A DNA stretch of 32,000 bases from Wallemia ichthyophaga EXF-994 (Eukaryota; Fungi; Basidiomycota), in assembly GCF_000400465.1 (NCBI RefSeq), contig NW_008806291.1:215925-247924 (forward strand), given 5' to 3'. This document shows, piece by piece, positions 31,323-32,000 of this stretch (within the stretch, counting starts at the first letter, position 1; the number at the start of each line of letters is the position of its first letter). Under the pieces are notes generated by a model, which saw only the letters and a program-made list of their open reading frames with translations, had not been told where the DNA came from and made no database searches. Made by a program: the position numbers and the translations under genes.

Positions 31323-31757
31323 ATGAAGCTTTCACTCTCTTTGATCGCCGTTCTTATTGGGCTCCCTGTAATATTTAGAACTTGCTGCACAAAGCCAGTT
31401 TCAACAAGCATATCTCTTAAGCTCTTCTCAATACTATGTATATTACGATGCGAAATAGTACGCTTTTAAATCTTTAGGGGCAAAATCAACACAATGCAAA
31501 TTTCAGAATGGGAGATCAATCATTACATGGAGTTTATCGCGAGGAACACAAGTAACACCTCAGATAAGTGGTATTGGAGTGCAGTTGATACCAAAATGCC
31601 CATAATCATTCACATTCTTACAACAGGCAGGGTTGTTCTTGCACTCATTTTTGGGCTGTCAGTTGCGACGTGAAGCTAAGATATTCCTCCCGGTGCAATC
31701 ACTCAGAATGGTGAGGAAACTCTTGAGCAGAACGGCCAGAACGATGAAGAAGTGTAA
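31323..31757 (+). pseudogene. Possible decayed secreted-protein gene
   Basis: Signal-peptide-like start MKLSLSLIAVLIGLP, then protein-like pieces in shifting frames (QISEWEINHYMEFIARN..DKWYWSAVD; DIPPGAITQNGEETLEQNGQNDEEV) separated by stops. Confidence 0.3.
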
Positions 31758-32000
31758 GGTCATTCACAGCAATAGCGCTACTTCCAGCTGCTATGTTGAC
31801 GGATCTCCAAAAATCGTATGATGTCGAAGATCGTATGATTCTAGCAACGGCCTTATTAAACACGCAAATCAAACACTGTCGAAACCATCCGTGATCATCA
31901 ACGATTCAAATGCTAGAGAAGATGCCAGAATACACCTCACTCAATCCTCAAACGAAACAATATAGTTTCTATGGCCCACTCTGTTAGGTGACGAGACCAC

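Noticed and set aside
1-32000. tRNA, rRNA, snRNA, CRISPR arrays and transposase/RT genes
   Set aside because: GTTCGA-type hits lack cloverleaf context, and I saw no rRNA/snRNA signatures, repeat-spacer arrays, or DDE/RT/integrase motifs by eye. tRNAscan-SE, Infernal and RepeatModeler runs would be needed to exclude them formally.

Overview
Eukaryotic, intron-containing and extremely gene-dense fungal DNA. Most introns are 41-63 nt. Gene content and compaction suggest a basidiomycete of the Wallemia type; this is inference only. I reconstructed about 20 intact genes by hand: prefoldin-3, an EI24-domain protein, a GH15 glycosidase, an HSF-type transcription factor, thioredoxin, FBA1, an Sds3/Dep1-like protein, PDX3, CRIPT, cyclin H, an alpha/beta hydrolase, LCB1, an MFS permease and several hypotheticals. 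The ORF track misses or splits several of these, including an ALKBH6-like gene that has lost its iron ligands and a ~115-aa LisH/LUFS-only protein. AT-richer islands of decayed genes lie at about 8.4-12.3, 26.7-27.5 and 29.8-31.8 kb. No tRNA, rRNA, CRISPR array or recognisable transposon was found. Main highlights: (1) four head-to-head gene pairs have start codons only 38-44 nt apart, so their promoters must lie inside the partner gene; (2) one such pair joins an HSF/Sfl1-type factor to a LUFS-only microprotein; (3) a double-length intron in the GH15 gene folds into a long hairpin that sequesters its own 5' splice site beside a 9-nt micro-exon; (4) the thioredoxin intron that splits the active-site Trp codon ends in GG rather than AG. 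All gene models are manual and unverified by transcript data.
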